Virus record (IMG/VR): IMGVR_UViG_3300026097_000876 | Coordinates: 186,001-250,000 of that record | Reading direction: 5' to 3' (one strand) | Length of the DNA: 64,000 nucleotides | Shown: positions 30,580 through 40,923 of the stretch, piece after piece | How the letters are laid out: each line of letters begins with the position of its first letter | How positions within the stretch are numbered: position 1 is the stretch's first letter | Program-made: the position numbers and the translations under genes | The notes under the pieces: generated by a model | What the model was told of the DNA's origin: nothing | The model's input: only the letters and a program-made list of their open reading frames with translations | Databases searched by the model: none

Positions 30580-32070
30580 ATGGCGTATATAATTAATTTA
30601 ACAAATGGAGTACAGTTAGCCACTGTCGAAGATGGAACCATTGACCAGAGTACTACACTCAAATTAGTTGGTAAAAATTATGCCGGCTACGGTGAAATTC
30701 AAAATGAAAATTTTGTTCATTTAATGGAAAATTTTTCTAGTGCAAATTCACCAGCAAACCCATTATCAGGGCAAATTTGGTTTGATAGTGCTGTAAGAAA
30801 ATTAAAGTTTTACGACGGATCTAAATTTAGAACCACAGGCGGTGCCGAAGTTTCCACAACTCAACCAGTGGGATTAACAACAGGTGACTTTTGGTGGGAT
30901 AGCGACAACAGTCAACTATATGCCCAAAATGCTGATGGAGGATTTGTCCTAATTGGTCCTCAAAGTATTGGCGATACAGTCAGTGCAATGGTAACAGCAC
31001 AAGTAAGAGATAACGCTCAAAATAATAGAACAATTATTAAAGGTACAGTTGACGACGGTGTTGTTTTTATTGTTAGTAATGCAGAATTTACAATTGATCA
31101 AACAGACCCAGCTAACGTAATTACTGGTTTTGATGTTATACGTCAAGGTCTTACACTAAGAAATACAACAAGCGGCACAGATGGTGTAACATCAACTGCA
31201 CATCGATTCCACGGCACAGCTACTAATGCTGAACGCCTTGGCGGAGTATCAGCAGAAAACTTTGTACAAAATACTCCGGGGCAAGAAAGTTCCTTTGGTG
31301 ACATTGTTAGATTTGCTGATGTAGGACTTACAGTAGGCGCAGCAAACGACCTTGCAATTTATATTGATCAAGCCAATACCGGCGACGAAGGCGTGATTGA
31401 AAATACTACAGGTAAAAAGATTAGATTTAAAGTAAAATCTACGGGCGGAGTTACAACAGAACCATTGCATATTGCTGCAGAAGGAATTGTTCCTACAGCA
31501 ACAACAACATACGATATTGGTAATGCAAGTTTCAAATTTAGAAATATGTATGCTACGTCATTTAACGGTCTAGCAACAAATGCAACAAACTTACAAGTTG
31601 GCTCAAATTATAGAACCGGTGATGTGAATGCTACAAATAACACAGTAGCAGTTCGTGATTCTAGTGGTAATTTAGCAGCTAACGTATTTAATGGTATTTC
31701 GACTAGTGCTAGGTACGCTGACTTAGCAGAAAAATATACAACTGAAATCGATCATCCAGTAGGAACAATAATGGCTATTTGCGTTCACGAAGATCACGAA
31801 GCAGATATTGCAAATATAGGTGATGTAGTTGTTGGAGTAATCAGTGATAAACCTGCATATTTAATGAATGCAGAAGCTGAAGGACAAGCACTTGCCCTCA
31901 AAGGACGAGTGCCTGTAAGAACAGTAGGACCGGTCGTCAAAGGACAATCAATTTATGTTAGTCAAGACGGTATTGCTTCAGCAGAAGGCAACGGCGACCT
32001 AGTAGGAATTGCATTAGAATCAAATAATAACACTGCCGAAAAATTAATCGAGTGTGTATTAAAAGTATAA
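30580..32070 (+). CDS. Tail fibre-like protein with C-terminal chaperone/auto-cleavage-type domain
   Basis: 496 aa; same N-terminal domain; C-terminal ARYADLAEKY...GVISDKPAYLMN...ALKGRVPV motif typical of phage fibre C-termini. Confidence 0.7.
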   Translation: MAYIINLTNGVQLATVEDGTIDQSTTLKLVGKNYAGYGEIQNENFVHLMENFSSANSPANPLSGQIWFDSAVRKLKFYDGSKFRTTGGAEVSTTQPVGLTTGDFWWDSDNSQLYAQNADGGFVLIGPQSIGDTVSAMVTAQVRDNAQNNRTIIKGTVDDGVVFIVSNAEFTIDQTDPANVITGFDVIRQGLTLRNTTSGTDGVTSTAHRFHGTATNAERLGGVSAENFVQNTPGQESSFGDIVRFADVGLTVGAANDLAIYIDQANTGDEGVIENTTGKKIRFKVKSTGGVTTEPLHIAAEGIVPTATTTYDIGNASFKFRNMYATSFNGLATNATNLQVGSNYRTGDVNATNNTVAVRDSSGNLAANVFNGISTSARYADLAEKYTTEIDHPVGTIMAICVHEDHEADIANIGDVVVGVISDKPAYLMNAEAEGQALALKGRVPVRTVGPVVKGQSIYVSQDGIASAEGNGDLVGIALESNNNTAEKLIECVLKV

Positions 32071-32073
32071 ATA
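32066..32073 (+). promoter_or_regulatory. T4-type late promoter TATAAATA
   Basis: Exact TATAAATA upstream of GAGG RBS and ATG 32102. Confidence 0.7.
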
Positions 32074-32101
32074 TATACGTAGTTAAAGAGGAAGTATTAC
32101 T

Positions 32102-33016
32102 ATGGCAGTCGGCAACGATATTACCGCAGCGAGATATAACAACATACGTTCAAGAATAGCAGCCGTCCTTGGTTTAGGATCAGGCGATGAAGGATATGGT
32201 CAATCAGTAAAAAGTGAAACAATAGCAGTCGGTGCAACTGTTAGTGCTGTTGACATGGAAAATTTGTTTGATGATATGACTAAAATTAGATTGCATCAAA
32301 CAGGACTTGCACCTAGCGAAATTGCCAAGCCTTCGATAGGCGATACTGTAGAAGATTCTAATGTCACTTCGAAAGAAGGATACGTACAGTACGAAGATCT
32401 TAGTATTACTTGTCAAAGCGCAAGGCTAAATGCAGCTAGTAATCAGCTAGGATTGCAAGCAGGGACTTCTAGTGTTAGATCGGCCGCTTGGTCAACAGAT
32501 ATTAATCATTTATTTACTGTTACTTTTGGCGGATATAGTGTTACAAATGGCGATGGATCGACAACAACTGTCTCTGGAGCAGATCATATGCGTGTATTCT
32601 TTAATGCAGGCGGATCTATTAATATCAGCGGGTCAATTGGTAGCGGAAATTCTACAATTAATAATGACTGGCGTAACCTAATGTCAAGTGTAGGTACTGT
32701 AGTATTTGATAGAGATAATACTAGTAACGGATCAACAGGAACTAATTTTGGATATGCAAATCTACCTGGGTCGTACACAACTATCTTTAATAAAACAGCA
32801 ACAGCATATAGTGCTAACGATTATTTAATTGAAGCCTACAAAAGCGGTAATGTACTGTACTTTAGAGTAACATTTAATGAAGACAAAGGACCTAATCCAA
32901 ATTTTGACGAAGCGGTCACGGCTACAACTACAAGTACGGTTCAAATGAACAGGCCTAACAACAGTGCAAGTGTAGACATTACAGCGCCATCTTTTGCAAC
33001 AACTAATAACCTTTAA
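32102..33016 (+). CDS. Virion structural protein (putative)
   Basis: 304 aa, Ser/Thr/Gly-rich; GYGQ and RVFFNAGG motifs; late promoter upstream. Confidence 0.55.
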   Translation: MAVGNDITAARYNNIRSRIAAVLGLGSGDEGYGQSVKSETIAVGATVSAVDMENLFDDMTKIRLHQTGLAPSEIAKPSIGDTVEDSNVTSKEGYVQYEDLSITCQSARLNAASNQLGLQAGTSSVRSAAWSTDINHLFTVTFGGYSVTNGDGSTTTVSGADHMRVFFNAGGSINISGSIGSGNSTINNDWRNLMSSVGTVVFDRDNTSNGSTGTNFGYANLPGSYTTIFNKTATAYSANDYLIEAYKSGNVLYFRVTFNEDKGPNPNFDEAVTATTTSTVQMNRPNNSASVDITAPSFATTNNL

Positions 33017-33018
33017 AC

Positions 33019-33025
33019 GTAAATA
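33019..33025 (+). promoter_or_regulatory. Putative late promoter (GTAAATA) heading the glycosyltransferase/tailoring operon
   Basis: GTAAATAgttata before AGGAG and ATG 33053; matches the recurring motif imperfectly. Confidence 0.5.
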
Positions 33026-33052
33026 GTTATACTATAAACTAGGAGTATAACT

Positions 33053-33400
33053 ATGGATGACGCTCTAGAAAAGGCACTTGAATTCTCAAATTTTACAGCA
33101 ACCTTAAATAATCAAAAAAGAATACTTCATGAAAAATATACTGAAGAGCTTGGACTTTACTATTGCGGCGGTAAGTTTACAGTAACAAAAGAATTATTAA
33201 CGTTTTGTCATTTGCTTTTAAGTAAAGACATTTCAAAAACTGTAGTAATAGACGATAATAATTCTCCTATCCAAATTGATGACATTGATGATTTTATGAC
33301 AGTGTCATTACAACAATACGCAACTGCCGCTAACAAATATTTTGCGCATTATAAAGAACTTAGTACTAAACGGAGTGTTGAAGGTTTAGCAGATGTCTGA
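33053..33400 (+). CDS. Hypothetical protein (possible fibre assembly chaperone)
   Basis: 115 aa ORF with strong RBS; directly after the fibre genes. Confidence 0.5.
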   Translation: MDDALEKALEFSNFTATLNNQKRILHEKYTEELGLYYCGGKFTVTKELLTFCHLLLSKDISKTVVIDDNNSPIQIDDIDDFMTVSLQQYATAANKYFAHYKELSTKRSVEGLADV

Positions 33401-34220
33401 CGGAGTATTATGTTTTGCTCATAATAATGGATCTATTGACTATATAAAGCAAGCGGCGTTCTTGGCAAAAAGAGTAAAACAACATTTAGACATACCAGTG
33501 TCTGTTGTTACATCAACACCTGACAAAATTAATAAAAAACACAGTAAACTATTTGATAATATTATTTTTATTGATGATGACAATACAAATTCTAAAAGAT
33601 ATAATGACGGACAGAACACACATCAAAATCTTTATTTTAAAAACAACGGAAGAATAAACAGTTACGACCTTACTCCGTATGATAGAACACTAGTTTTAGA
33701 TACAGATTACATTATTTGTAATGATGTTTTTAAAAATGCATTTGGAAATGGTAAATTTCAAATATATAGAGATGGGGTTGATTTATGTAGCTGGCGAAAA
33801 CATGCAGAGTTTGATTATATTAACAATAAAGGCATTCCTTTCTATTGGGCAACTTGTTTCTATTTTGAAAAAGATCTAGAAAATAAGATATTTTTTGATA
33901 CTCTAAAACAATTACAATCAAATTGGAGCTACTATAGCACAGTTTATGATTTAGGAAGTCGTAATTTTAGAAATGATCATATTTTTAGTATGGGTATTCA
34001 TATCATGAATGGATTTTCAGATAGCCACTGGGCTAAGTTATTACCGGGTAAAATGTTTTACACACTAGATAGAGATAAATTATACAAACTAGACAATGAT
34101 AAATTAGTTTTTATGTTAGAAAAAGAAAGTCGAGTTAATGAATATGTTCTGTCTTCGACAGATCGATGTAATGTACATGTAATGAATAAATTTAGCTTGG
34201 AGCGTGTTTTAGATGTCTAA
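33393..34220 (+). CDS. Glycosyltransferase, GT-A fold (GT8-like)
   Basis: YDLTPYDRTLVLDTD (DxD) motif; N-terminal DYIKQAAFLAK. Confidence 0.7.
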   Translation: MSDGVLCFAHNNGSIDYIKQAAFLAKRVKQHLDIPVSVVTSTPDKINKKHSKLFDNIIFIDDDNTNSKRYNDGQNTHQNLYFKNNGRINSYDLTPYDRTLVLDTDYIICNDVFKNAFGNGKFQIYRDGVDLCSWRKHAEFDYINNKGIPFYWATCFYFEKDLENKIFFDTLKQLQSNWSYYSTVYDLGSRNFRNDHIFSMGIHIMNGFSDSHWAKLLPGKMFYTLDRDKLYKLDNDKLVFMLEKESRVNEYVLSSTDRCNVHVMNKFSLERVLDV

Positions 34221-35022
34221 AGGATACGTAATGATGGCTTCGGGTGCCGAATACGTTAAACAAGCATATTTGTGTGCTAAAAGTATTAGAGAAACTCAAA
34301 CCATCAATAATGTGTCATTGCTTACTAATGACACAGTGCCGCAAGAATATAAATCAGTATTCGACAAAATAATTGAAGTCCCTAACAGTCAAACAGATTT
34401 TTATCGTACAGACTTTCGCTGGAAAGTATTTCATATTACTCCGTATGACGAAACAATTGTATTAGACACTGATATGATATTTCTTACTGATGTTAGTCAT
34501 TGGTGGAATTATCTCAGAAAATACGATATCTGTTTTACAAAAAACACAAGAACATATCGTAATACTCTGATAACAAACAATTATTATAGAAAGGCATTTG
34601 AAGATAATTATCTTCCTAATATTTATTGTGCATTTCATTATTTTAAAAAAACTGACATAGCTTTAAATTATTACTTAAAGTTAAAACAAATTTGTAAAAA
34701 CTATAAAGAATTTTATAAAATCTATGTTCCGAAACAAACACCTAAACTAAGTAGTATGGACATTAATCATGCCATTACAGTATTGGATCAACAAATAGAA
34801 AATTATATTTTTGAACCTGCTAGTTTTGTACACATGAAAAGCAATGTACAAGATTGGAAAAACCCAACAGAAAATTGGACAGATACTATTCCTTTTTATT
34901 TTTCACAAGATTTTACTCTTAAAGTTGGAAATTATTTACAACACGGAATCTTTCATTATACCGAAAACAGTTTTTGCAACACTATAATACAACAACTAGG
35001 AAAACAAAATGAAGTATATTGA
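34213..35022 (+). CDS. Glycosyltransferase, GT-A fold (GT8-like), paralogue
   Basis: FHITPYDETIVLDTD (DxD), FVHMK, FHY motifs. Confidence 0.7.
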   Translation: MSKGYVMMASGAEYVKQAYLCAKSIRETQTINNVSLLTNDTVPQEYKSVFDKIIEVPNSQTDFYRTDFRWKVFHITPYDETIVLDTDMIFLTDVSHWWNYLRKYDICFTKNTRTYRNTLITNNYYRKAFEDNYLPNIYCAFHYFKKTDIALNYYLKLKQICKNYKEFYKIYVPKQTPKLSSMDINHAITVLDQQIENYIFEPASFVHMKSNVQDWKNPTENWTDTIPFYFSQDFTLKVGNYLQHGIFHYTENSFCNTIIQQLGKQNEVY

Positions 35023-35527
35023 AGTACCTACTCCACAATATGTTTGTTATAATAAAAATACTGGAGAAATTTTTAGCATTGGACCTAGCATTGACGATGA
35101 ATATTCTTATATTGAAATTGCAGAAGAGCAATCTCAATTATTTAAAAATTTTACAGAAAGAATGGTTGAATGGAAAGTACTGTATAATAAAAGATCTAAA
35201 AAATTTGAACTTCGTAAAGATATAGAAAAAACAGAAAACGAATTTCCTCTTAAAAAAATTACAAAAGCAGTAGATGAATACGCCGATGTTGAATTAATAA
35301 TTGACAAACTAAAAAACTTGTGTTACATTAATATTAATGATCTTCCTGTTAACATAGACAAAGAAATAGAGTTTTTTATAACTAAAGAAAACGATCCACA
35401 TTTTTTGTATCAATCTTTAAAGTTTAATTTAGGAAGTGCTGATAAAATACATATTGAGATAGCACATACATACAGTGTATATTCTAATAATATGTTTGTA
35501 GAGTGTGCTGTAAAGGAGATAGTTTGA
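35009..35527 (+). CDS. Hypothetical protein
   Basis: 172 aa ORF translationally coupled to both neighbours. Confidence 0.6.
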   Translation: MKYIEVPTPQYVCYNKNTGEIFSIGPSIDDEYSYIEIAEEQSQLFKNFTERMVEWKVLYNKRSKKFELRKDIEKTENEFPLKKITKAVDEYADVELIIDKLKNLCYININDLPVNIDKEIEFFITKENDPHFLYQSLKFNLGSADKIHIEIAHTYSVYSNNMFVECAVKEIV

Positions 35528-36426
35528 AATTAAAAATTGCAGAACAAGACATTATCTATTTGTCGTACGACGAACCAAATGCAGAAAAAAATTATGCAGA
35601 CTTGTTATCTAAGGTTCCGTGGGCAAAACGAATTCACGGAGTCAAAGGTTCAGATGCGGCACATAAAGCCTGTGCAGAAATTAGCGAAACTGACAGATTT
35701 ATTACTGTAGACGGTGATAATATTGTTGATCAAAAATTTTTAGATCAAGTCATTGATTTAGATCAACATACTGATTTAAAGAAAAGTGTTATTAGCTGGT
35801 GCGGGCGTAATGTTATTAATGGACTTGTATACGGCAACGGTGGACTTAAATGTTGGCCTAAAGATTATGTTTTAAATATGCGTACACACGAAGCAGCAGA
35901 TCCTAACGATATTAATGCACAAGTTGAATTTTGTTGGGATGCAGAATACATTCAAATGTCTGACTGTTATAGCACAGTACACAACAATGCAAGTCCAAAA
36001 CAAGCGTGGCGAGCAGGTTTTCGTGAAGGTGTAAAACTTGCATTAGACCGAGGCGTAAAAGTAGACAAAGAATTATTTTTACAAAGCCATGAAAAAAATT
36101 TACATATGTTATATATTTGGCTTATGGTAGGATATGATGTTCCGAACGGGCATTTTTCAGTGTATGGTGCCAGAGAAGGACTTATGATGACTATGCTAAG
36201 TGATTGGGATTATGTTCAGGTCCGTGACTTTGATTATTTAGATAGTCATTGGGAGGGTATTAGTAGCATGCCTATGGATGTTCTTTATAGTGAAATTAAT
36301 AATAACGGATTTATGTTAAGAGATGAGTTAGGTATTCCGATTGCACCTGAACCATTATCAGAAGATCAGAGTGAATTTTTTAAAGCAGTTCACCACAGCT
36401 TCGGAAGAGGTAAACATCTTAAATGA
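35524..36426 (+). CDS. Glycosyltransferase-like protein (GT-A, DxD)
   Basis: Start reassigned to TTG 35524 after AAGGAG. Motifs LSYDEPNA, RIHGVKGSDAAH, FITVDGD, AWRAGFREGVKL. Confidence 0.65.
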   Translation: MKLKIAEQDIIYLSYDEPNAEKNYADLLSKVPWAKRIHGVKGSDAAHKACAEISETDRFITVDGDNIVDQKFLDQVIDLDQHTDLKKSVISWCGRNVINGLVYGNGGLKCWPKDYVLNMRTHEAADPNDINAQVEFCWDAEYIQMSDCYSTVHNNASPKQAWRAGFREGVKLALDRGVKVDKELFLQSHEKNLHMLYIWLMVGYDVPNGHFSVYGAREGLMMTMLSDWDYVQVRDFDYLDSHWEGISSMPMDVLYSEINNNGFMLRDELGIPIAPEPLSEDQSEFFKAVHHSFGRGKHLK

Positions 36427-37757
36427 ATAAAAATGAAGTAAAACAAAAATTAGATTCGGTTGGTTGCGGATTTTGTCTAGCTAAATGGACGCAAGTTACA
36501 ATTCATCTTGGATCCGGAATCAATCATAGTTGTCATCATGTCAGAGCACATGCAATTCCATTAAAAGATCTTGCTGACAATCCTAATGTTTTACACAACA
36601 CAGGATTCAAAAAGAATACCAGAAAGCAAATGCTAAACAACGAACGTCCTGATGAATGTGACTATTGTTGGAGAATCGAAGATAATACAGATAAACTTAG
36701 TGACAGAGTATTAAAAAGTGCAGATTCCTGGTCTTGGCCTGAATACGATATAATTAGTAAATCTTCAGGAGACGAGGATGTTTATCCTAAATATGTAGAA
36801 GTCAGTTTTAGTAATGTGTGTAATTTTAAATGTGGGTATTGCGGACCTGCATTTAGCAGCAAGTGGGCTGAAGAAATTAATCAACATGGTCCGTACACAT
36901 TTGATAAAACTAATTGGAAATATAATTTGATTGACGAATATCAACAACAAATTCCTACTAGAGAACATAATCCTTATATTGAAGCATTTTGGAAATGGTT
37001 TCCGGAAGCTGTTGAACACATGCATACCTTTCGAATTACAGGTGGAGAACCATTACTAAGTAAACATACTGACAAAGTTTTACAACATTTATTAGAAAAC
37101 CCCCAACCAGAATTAGAATTTAGTATTAATACTAATGCATGTCCCCCGAATAATTTGTGGAAAGAATTTACTAAAAAAATAAAAGTTTTAGAAGAAAAAA
37201 ACTGTATTAAAAGATTTGTATTATTTGTAAGTGCAGAAGCCAAAGGAAAACAACAAGAATATAACAGACACGGAATGAATTGGCAATTGTTTGTAGATAA
37301 TGTAGAATACTTTCTTGAAAATACTAATGGGCGGCTTAGTTTTATGAGTGCATTTAATATTTTAAGTGTACCAACATTTTTGCCTTTTTTAAAATATGTA
37401 TCTAGTCTCAAAGGAAGATTTGATAATGATGTAAATATTGATATTCCATATGTAAGAAATCCTCATTTTCTAGATTGTATGATTGCAACTGAAGAACTTG
37501 TACAAACATATTTACATCCTTGTCTTAAATTTATGCAAGAAAAAAACTTTGAAGCGTTTGAGATACAAAAATTTGAAAGAATTCTCGAAGATTTAGATGG
37601 TCGTTTTAAAAATCCAGATAAATTTAAACAAATATCAAATGAAGGACGAAGAATGTTTTACGACTGGATTAGAGAACACGATAAGCGTCGAGGAACAAAT
37701 TTTGAAAAAACTTTTCCAGAACTGATAACATTTTATAGAGATTGCTTGTATGTATGA
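36423..37757 (+). CDS. Radical SAM protein with N-terminal Twitch/SPASM-like domain
   Basis: CNFKCGYC motif and TGGEP; N-terminal CLAKW...SCHH...ECDYCW auxiliary cysteines. Confidence 0.85.
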   Translation: MNKNEVKQKLDSVGCGFCLAKWTQVTIHLGSGINHSCHHVRAHAIPLKDLADNPNVLHNTGFKKNTRKQMLNNERPDECDYCWRIEDNTDKLSDRVLKSADSWSWPEYDIISKSSGDEDVYPKYVEVSFSNVCNFKCGYCGPAFSSKWAEEINQHGPYTFDKTNWKYNLIDEYQQQIPTREHNPYIEAFWKWFPEAVEHMHTFRITGGEPLLSKHTDKVLQHLLENPQPELEFSINTNACPPNNLWKEFTKKIKVLEEKNCIKRFVLFVSAEAKGKQQEYNRHGMNWQLFVDNVEYFLENTNGRLSFMSAFNILSVPTFLPFLKYVSSLKGRFDNDVNIDIPYVRNPHFLDCMIATEELVQTYLHPCLKFMQEKNFEAFEIQKFERILEDLDGRFKNPDKFKQISNEGRRMFYDWIREHDKRRGTNFEKTFPELITFYRDCLYV

Positions 37758-38433
37758 TATTGTGTTTATAAGTTATCATGAATCTAATGCAGAACAAAAC
37801 TTTGATAAATTGCATCAAAGATTTAACAATATAGGCGTTTTTGGAGATAGAATAAAACGGGTATCTAATGTTAAGGGAATACATAATGCACATATCGAAG
37901 CTGCTAAGATAGTTAATACAAACTATTTTTATGTAGTCGATGGAGATGCTGATATTGTAAGTGACTTTAAATTTGATTATGAAACTATTGATAGTGATGT
38001 AGTACATGTATATTCCAGTATTAATCCTATTAATAATCTTGAATACGGCTACGGTGGAGTAAAATTACTACCAACACAACTTACTAAAAATATAGATACT
38101 ACTACACACGATATGACCACAAGTATATCAAAAAAATTTAAAGTTTTAGATGAAATATCAAATATTACAGCATTTAATACAGATGAATTTAGCACTTGGC
38201 GTTCGGCATTTAGAGAATGTGCAAAATTATCGAGTAGAACAATACAAGGACAAATCGATGAAGAAACCGAACAAAGACTCAAAATTTGGACAACCGTGGG
38301 ACACGATAGAGACTTCGGTGAACATGCCATTAACGGTGCTAGGGCCGGTATGGAGTTTGGCCTTTCTAACCAGTCTGATATATCATTAATAAACGATTTT
38401 GATTGGCTAAAAGAGCAATTCAATAATGATTAA
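37750..38433 (+). CDS. Glycosyltransferase-like protein, paralogue of 35524
   Basis: ISYHESNA, VKGIHNAH, VVDGDAD, YGYGGVKL, WRSAFRECAKL. Confidence 0.65.
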   Translation: MYDIVFISYHESNAEQNFDKLHQRFNNIGVFGDRIKRVSNVKGIHNAHIEAAKIVNTNYFYVVDGDADIVSDFKFDYETIDSDVVHVYSSINPINNLEYGYGGVKLLPTQLTKNIDTTTHDMTTSISKKFKVLDEISNITAFNTDEFSTWRSAFRECAKLSSRTIQGQIDEETEQRLKIWTTVGHDRDFGEHAINGARAGMEFGLSNQSDISLINDFDWLKEQFNND

Positions 38434-39277
38434 TATCGTTGTTACAAGTAAACCAGTAGATGGACTTCTTTATTATAGTTACGAATACTGTGATATGCTT
38501 AACAAAGCAGGCTATCCTGCTAAGGTTGTTATTATATGTCACCAAAAATTTAGTGTACTAGATTATATGGAAGTCCTAACCACCAAATACACATATGTAG
38601 ATAATGTTGTGTATAACAATTTAAATGTAGGCAATGACGATGTAACACTTGTTATGGGCAGGAGTATGATTACACTGTCTTGGATCAATTACAACGATTA
38701 TACAGAAGAACAAAAACAAACACTGCATAGTGTATTTGCTAATAAAGTAATAAGTGTGTATTCAGAAAATCATCCTGCACAATATCCGCAGGCAGTAGAG
38801 TTTTATAGCCCTAAACAAATTGTAGACCTATGCGACACTGAAGTGTATCCTAATGGCGTAGGAGAACACTTTGAAAAAACAATTAATTTTAGTATATATA
38901 AACCGCACACAGACAACATACAATTTAAACATTTATTTCTAGGAACAAACGACAAATACTACGCAACAGTAGAAAAGGTAATTGACCAATTTCCTGATCA
39001 CGGGATCTTGACATATGACGAAAAGTATGTTAATATTAAAAATAATAACGTATTTGCACCTGTAGGAAATCTAATGGGCATGTTCGAAACATATGTTTAC
39101 ACAAAAGAAACATTTGATCCGGCTCCTAGAATCTTTCAAGAGTGCAAATATTATGGAAAGGATGTGATTTACTTGAGAGACAAAAACATACAAGACGGCG
39201 GCAGTGTGTACTGGAAACGAGATCTAAAAGAACCAGATGTAACAGCAATCATAAATGCTATAAAGGAATTTAAATGA
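38426..39277 (+). CDS. Hypothetical protein (possibly GT-B-like)
   Basis: 283 aa; DPAPRIFQECKYYGK weakly resembles GT-B C-terminal motifs. Confidence 0.45.
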   Translation: MINIVVTSKPVDGLLYYSYEYCDMLNKAGYPAKVVIICHQKFSVLDYMEVLTTKYTYVDNVVYNNLNVGNDDVTLVMGRSMITLSWINYNDYTEEQKQTLHSVFANKVISVYSENHPAQYPQAVEFYSPKQIVDLCDTEVYPNGVGEHFEKTINFSIYKPHTDNIQFKHLFLGTNDKYYATVEKVIDQFPDHGILTYDEKYVNIKNNNVFAPVGNLMGMFETYVYTKETFDPAPRIFQECKYYGKDVIYLRDKNIQDGGSVYWKRDLKEPDVTAIINAIKEFK

Positions 39278-39633
39278 AAATTGATCCAAAATGTCTAAAA
39301 TTTAATACCCCAAAAAATAAAGGTGCGGCATATACTTCTGATGGATTTATGCTGCCCTGCTGTTGGATAGACGATCCGCCAGTTTATAGATATCTTGTAG
39401 AAATGGGTATGAAAGATCCGGAATTAGCATTAGAAAATAACGATTGCTTAGAAGACATTTTTACATCAGATCAATGGGAGAACTTCTTCCAAAAATTATA
39501 CGATGATCCTGATCGGTGTTCATATATGTGTAAGAAAAAATGCGGCGTTGAACTTACCGACGGCGAAACTGAAATTCGTAAAGTAGAAGAAAGACTAGAG
39601 GTTTTAAAACAAAGTGAAGGAAAGAATTACTGA
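39274..39633 (+). CDS. Stand-alone Twitch/SPASM-like Fe-S protein
   Basis: PKC...GFMLPCCW...CSYMCKKKC cysteine pattern; no radical SAM core. Confidence 0.65.
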   Translation: MKIDPKCLKFNTPKNKGAAYTSDGFMLPCCWIDDPPVYRYLVEMGMKDPELALENNDCLEDIFTSDQWENFFQKLYDDPDRCSYMCKKKCGVELTDGETEIRKVEERLEVLKQSEGKNY

Positions 39634-40357
39634 TACCTATGTAAAATATCAGAAAAATTGCAGGATTAATGTCGATACCTCGCATCGTTGTCCCTTTCGG
39701 TGCCCTCAGTGCGTGAGACAAAAGACAATAAGCCAAGATATGATACGTAGAAGTTTTGATTTGGAAGAACATAACTTTCAAAAAATATTAGATTATTACG
39801 ATAATGGTCCTACATTTTGTGGACAAATTTCTGACCCTATCTATCATCCTAGATTTTTAAATTTTTTAAAAATGTGCAATGGACGAAATAGAGCTGTTCG
39901 TATTGCCACAGTAGGTAGTGGTAAAAGCGACGAGTGGTGGGACGAGGCTTATAGCTATGGTCTTGGAGAAAATCAGTGGACTTTCGGAGTAGACGGTATA
40001 GACGAAAAGAGCGAACTGTATCGCGTTGGTAGTAATTTCAAAGATCAATGGCGTCGAATGCAACAGGGTAGAGATCTAGGACATGTAATTGTTTGGCAGT
40101 ATATTATATTTGGTTATAATGAACACGAAATAGATCAGGCAGTAGAAATTGCAAAGAAAGAAGATTTTACTCTGCTTTTTGTTAACACAAACAGGGGATT
40201 TAATCCAGAAAGTGATACCCTGAGAAAGAATGTTAATTTTAAAATAAACAGTCCCGATCCAAAGCATCTTACTGATCGTCTTAAGAAAGAATGGTATGCT
40301 CATACCACAGATGTATTTCAGGCCTGGCGTGATCTTCCTCCTTGGAGTCCGAAATGA
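39614..40357 (+). CDS. Radical SAM protein (core only)
   Basis: CPFRCPQC; FCGQISDPIYHP; FGVDG; WQYIIFGYNEH. Confidence 0.85.
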   Translation: MKERITDTYVKYQKNCRINVDTSHRCPFRCPQCVRQKTISQDMIRRSFDLEEHNFQKILDYYDNGPTFCGQISDPIYHPRFLNFLKMCNGRNRAVRIATVGSGKSDEWWDEAYSYGLGENQWTFGVDGIDEKSELYRVGSNFKDQWRRMQQGRDLGHVIVWQYIIFGYNEHEIDQAVEIAKKEDFTLLFVNTNRGFNPESDTLRKNVNFKINSPDPKHLTDRLKKEWYAHTTDVFQAWRDLPPWSPK

Positions 40358-40923
40358 AAAGTAAAAAGAATAGCCTAGTTAAATGTGAGCATTATCCAAC
40401 ATTATTTTATGATACGCAATCTGATACTTTTGTAAAGTATTATAGTGATCGAGCTCCTTTTGAAAAATGGTGGAGTGTTTATAGAGAGTATCAAAATTTT
40501 GAACATAGAACTGTGCAGGTTTTAGACGTAAATTTCAAAAAGAAATACTTTGTAATGGAGTCAATAAAAGGTATTAATCTTGAGCACGAGATGATTAAAC
40601 TAGATTTTGAGGATACAAAGAAAGTTCTGACACAGACTTTAGAAATTTTTAGTAATAAATTTAGTTTTGCATGCGAAGCTATGCATGACACAGAGATATT
40701 TTTCCATAAAGACTTTCGAACTGAAAATCTCATGTTTGACGAAAATAAAAATGTGAGACTAGTAGACCCTGATAGTTTCAGTGTTTTGCCACTTGATAGA
40801 ATGAATAATTTATTGTTTTTTGGAAGGTACATGGATACTCTTACATCCATTCGAGAACGCCTTAGTTTTGCAGAGCTTACCGAAGAGCAAAAATATCGAT
40901 TAGGAAGAGGATATTTATACTAA
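40354..40923 (+). CDS. Small protein-kinase-fold phosphotransferase (Kdo/RIO/APH-like)
   Basis: FVMESIKG, HKDFRTENLMFD (HxDxxxxN catalytic loop), VRLVDPD; ATG start at 40354 preferred. Confidence 0.65.
   Translation: MKSKKNSLVKCEHYPTLFYDTQSDTFVKYYSDRAPFEKWWSVYREYQNFEHRTVQVLDVNFKKKYFVMESIKGINLEHEMIKLDFEDTKKVLTQTLEIFSNKFSFACEAMHDTEIFFHKDFRTENLMFDENKNVRLVDPDSFSVLPLDRMNNLLFFGRYMDTLTSIRERLSFAELTEEQKYRLGRGYLY

Noticed and set aside
1824-32778. Numerous short antisense or out-of-frame ORFs inside structural genes
   Set aside because: Fully nested in long, motif-bearing genes, with no RBS or recognisable motifs; expected shadows.
462-33016. Bacterial contractile injection system or T6SS rather than phage
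   Set aside because: T4-like late promoters, a gp55-like sigma gene and jumbo-phage-type gene content indicate a phage genome; no T6SS membrane complex genes are present.
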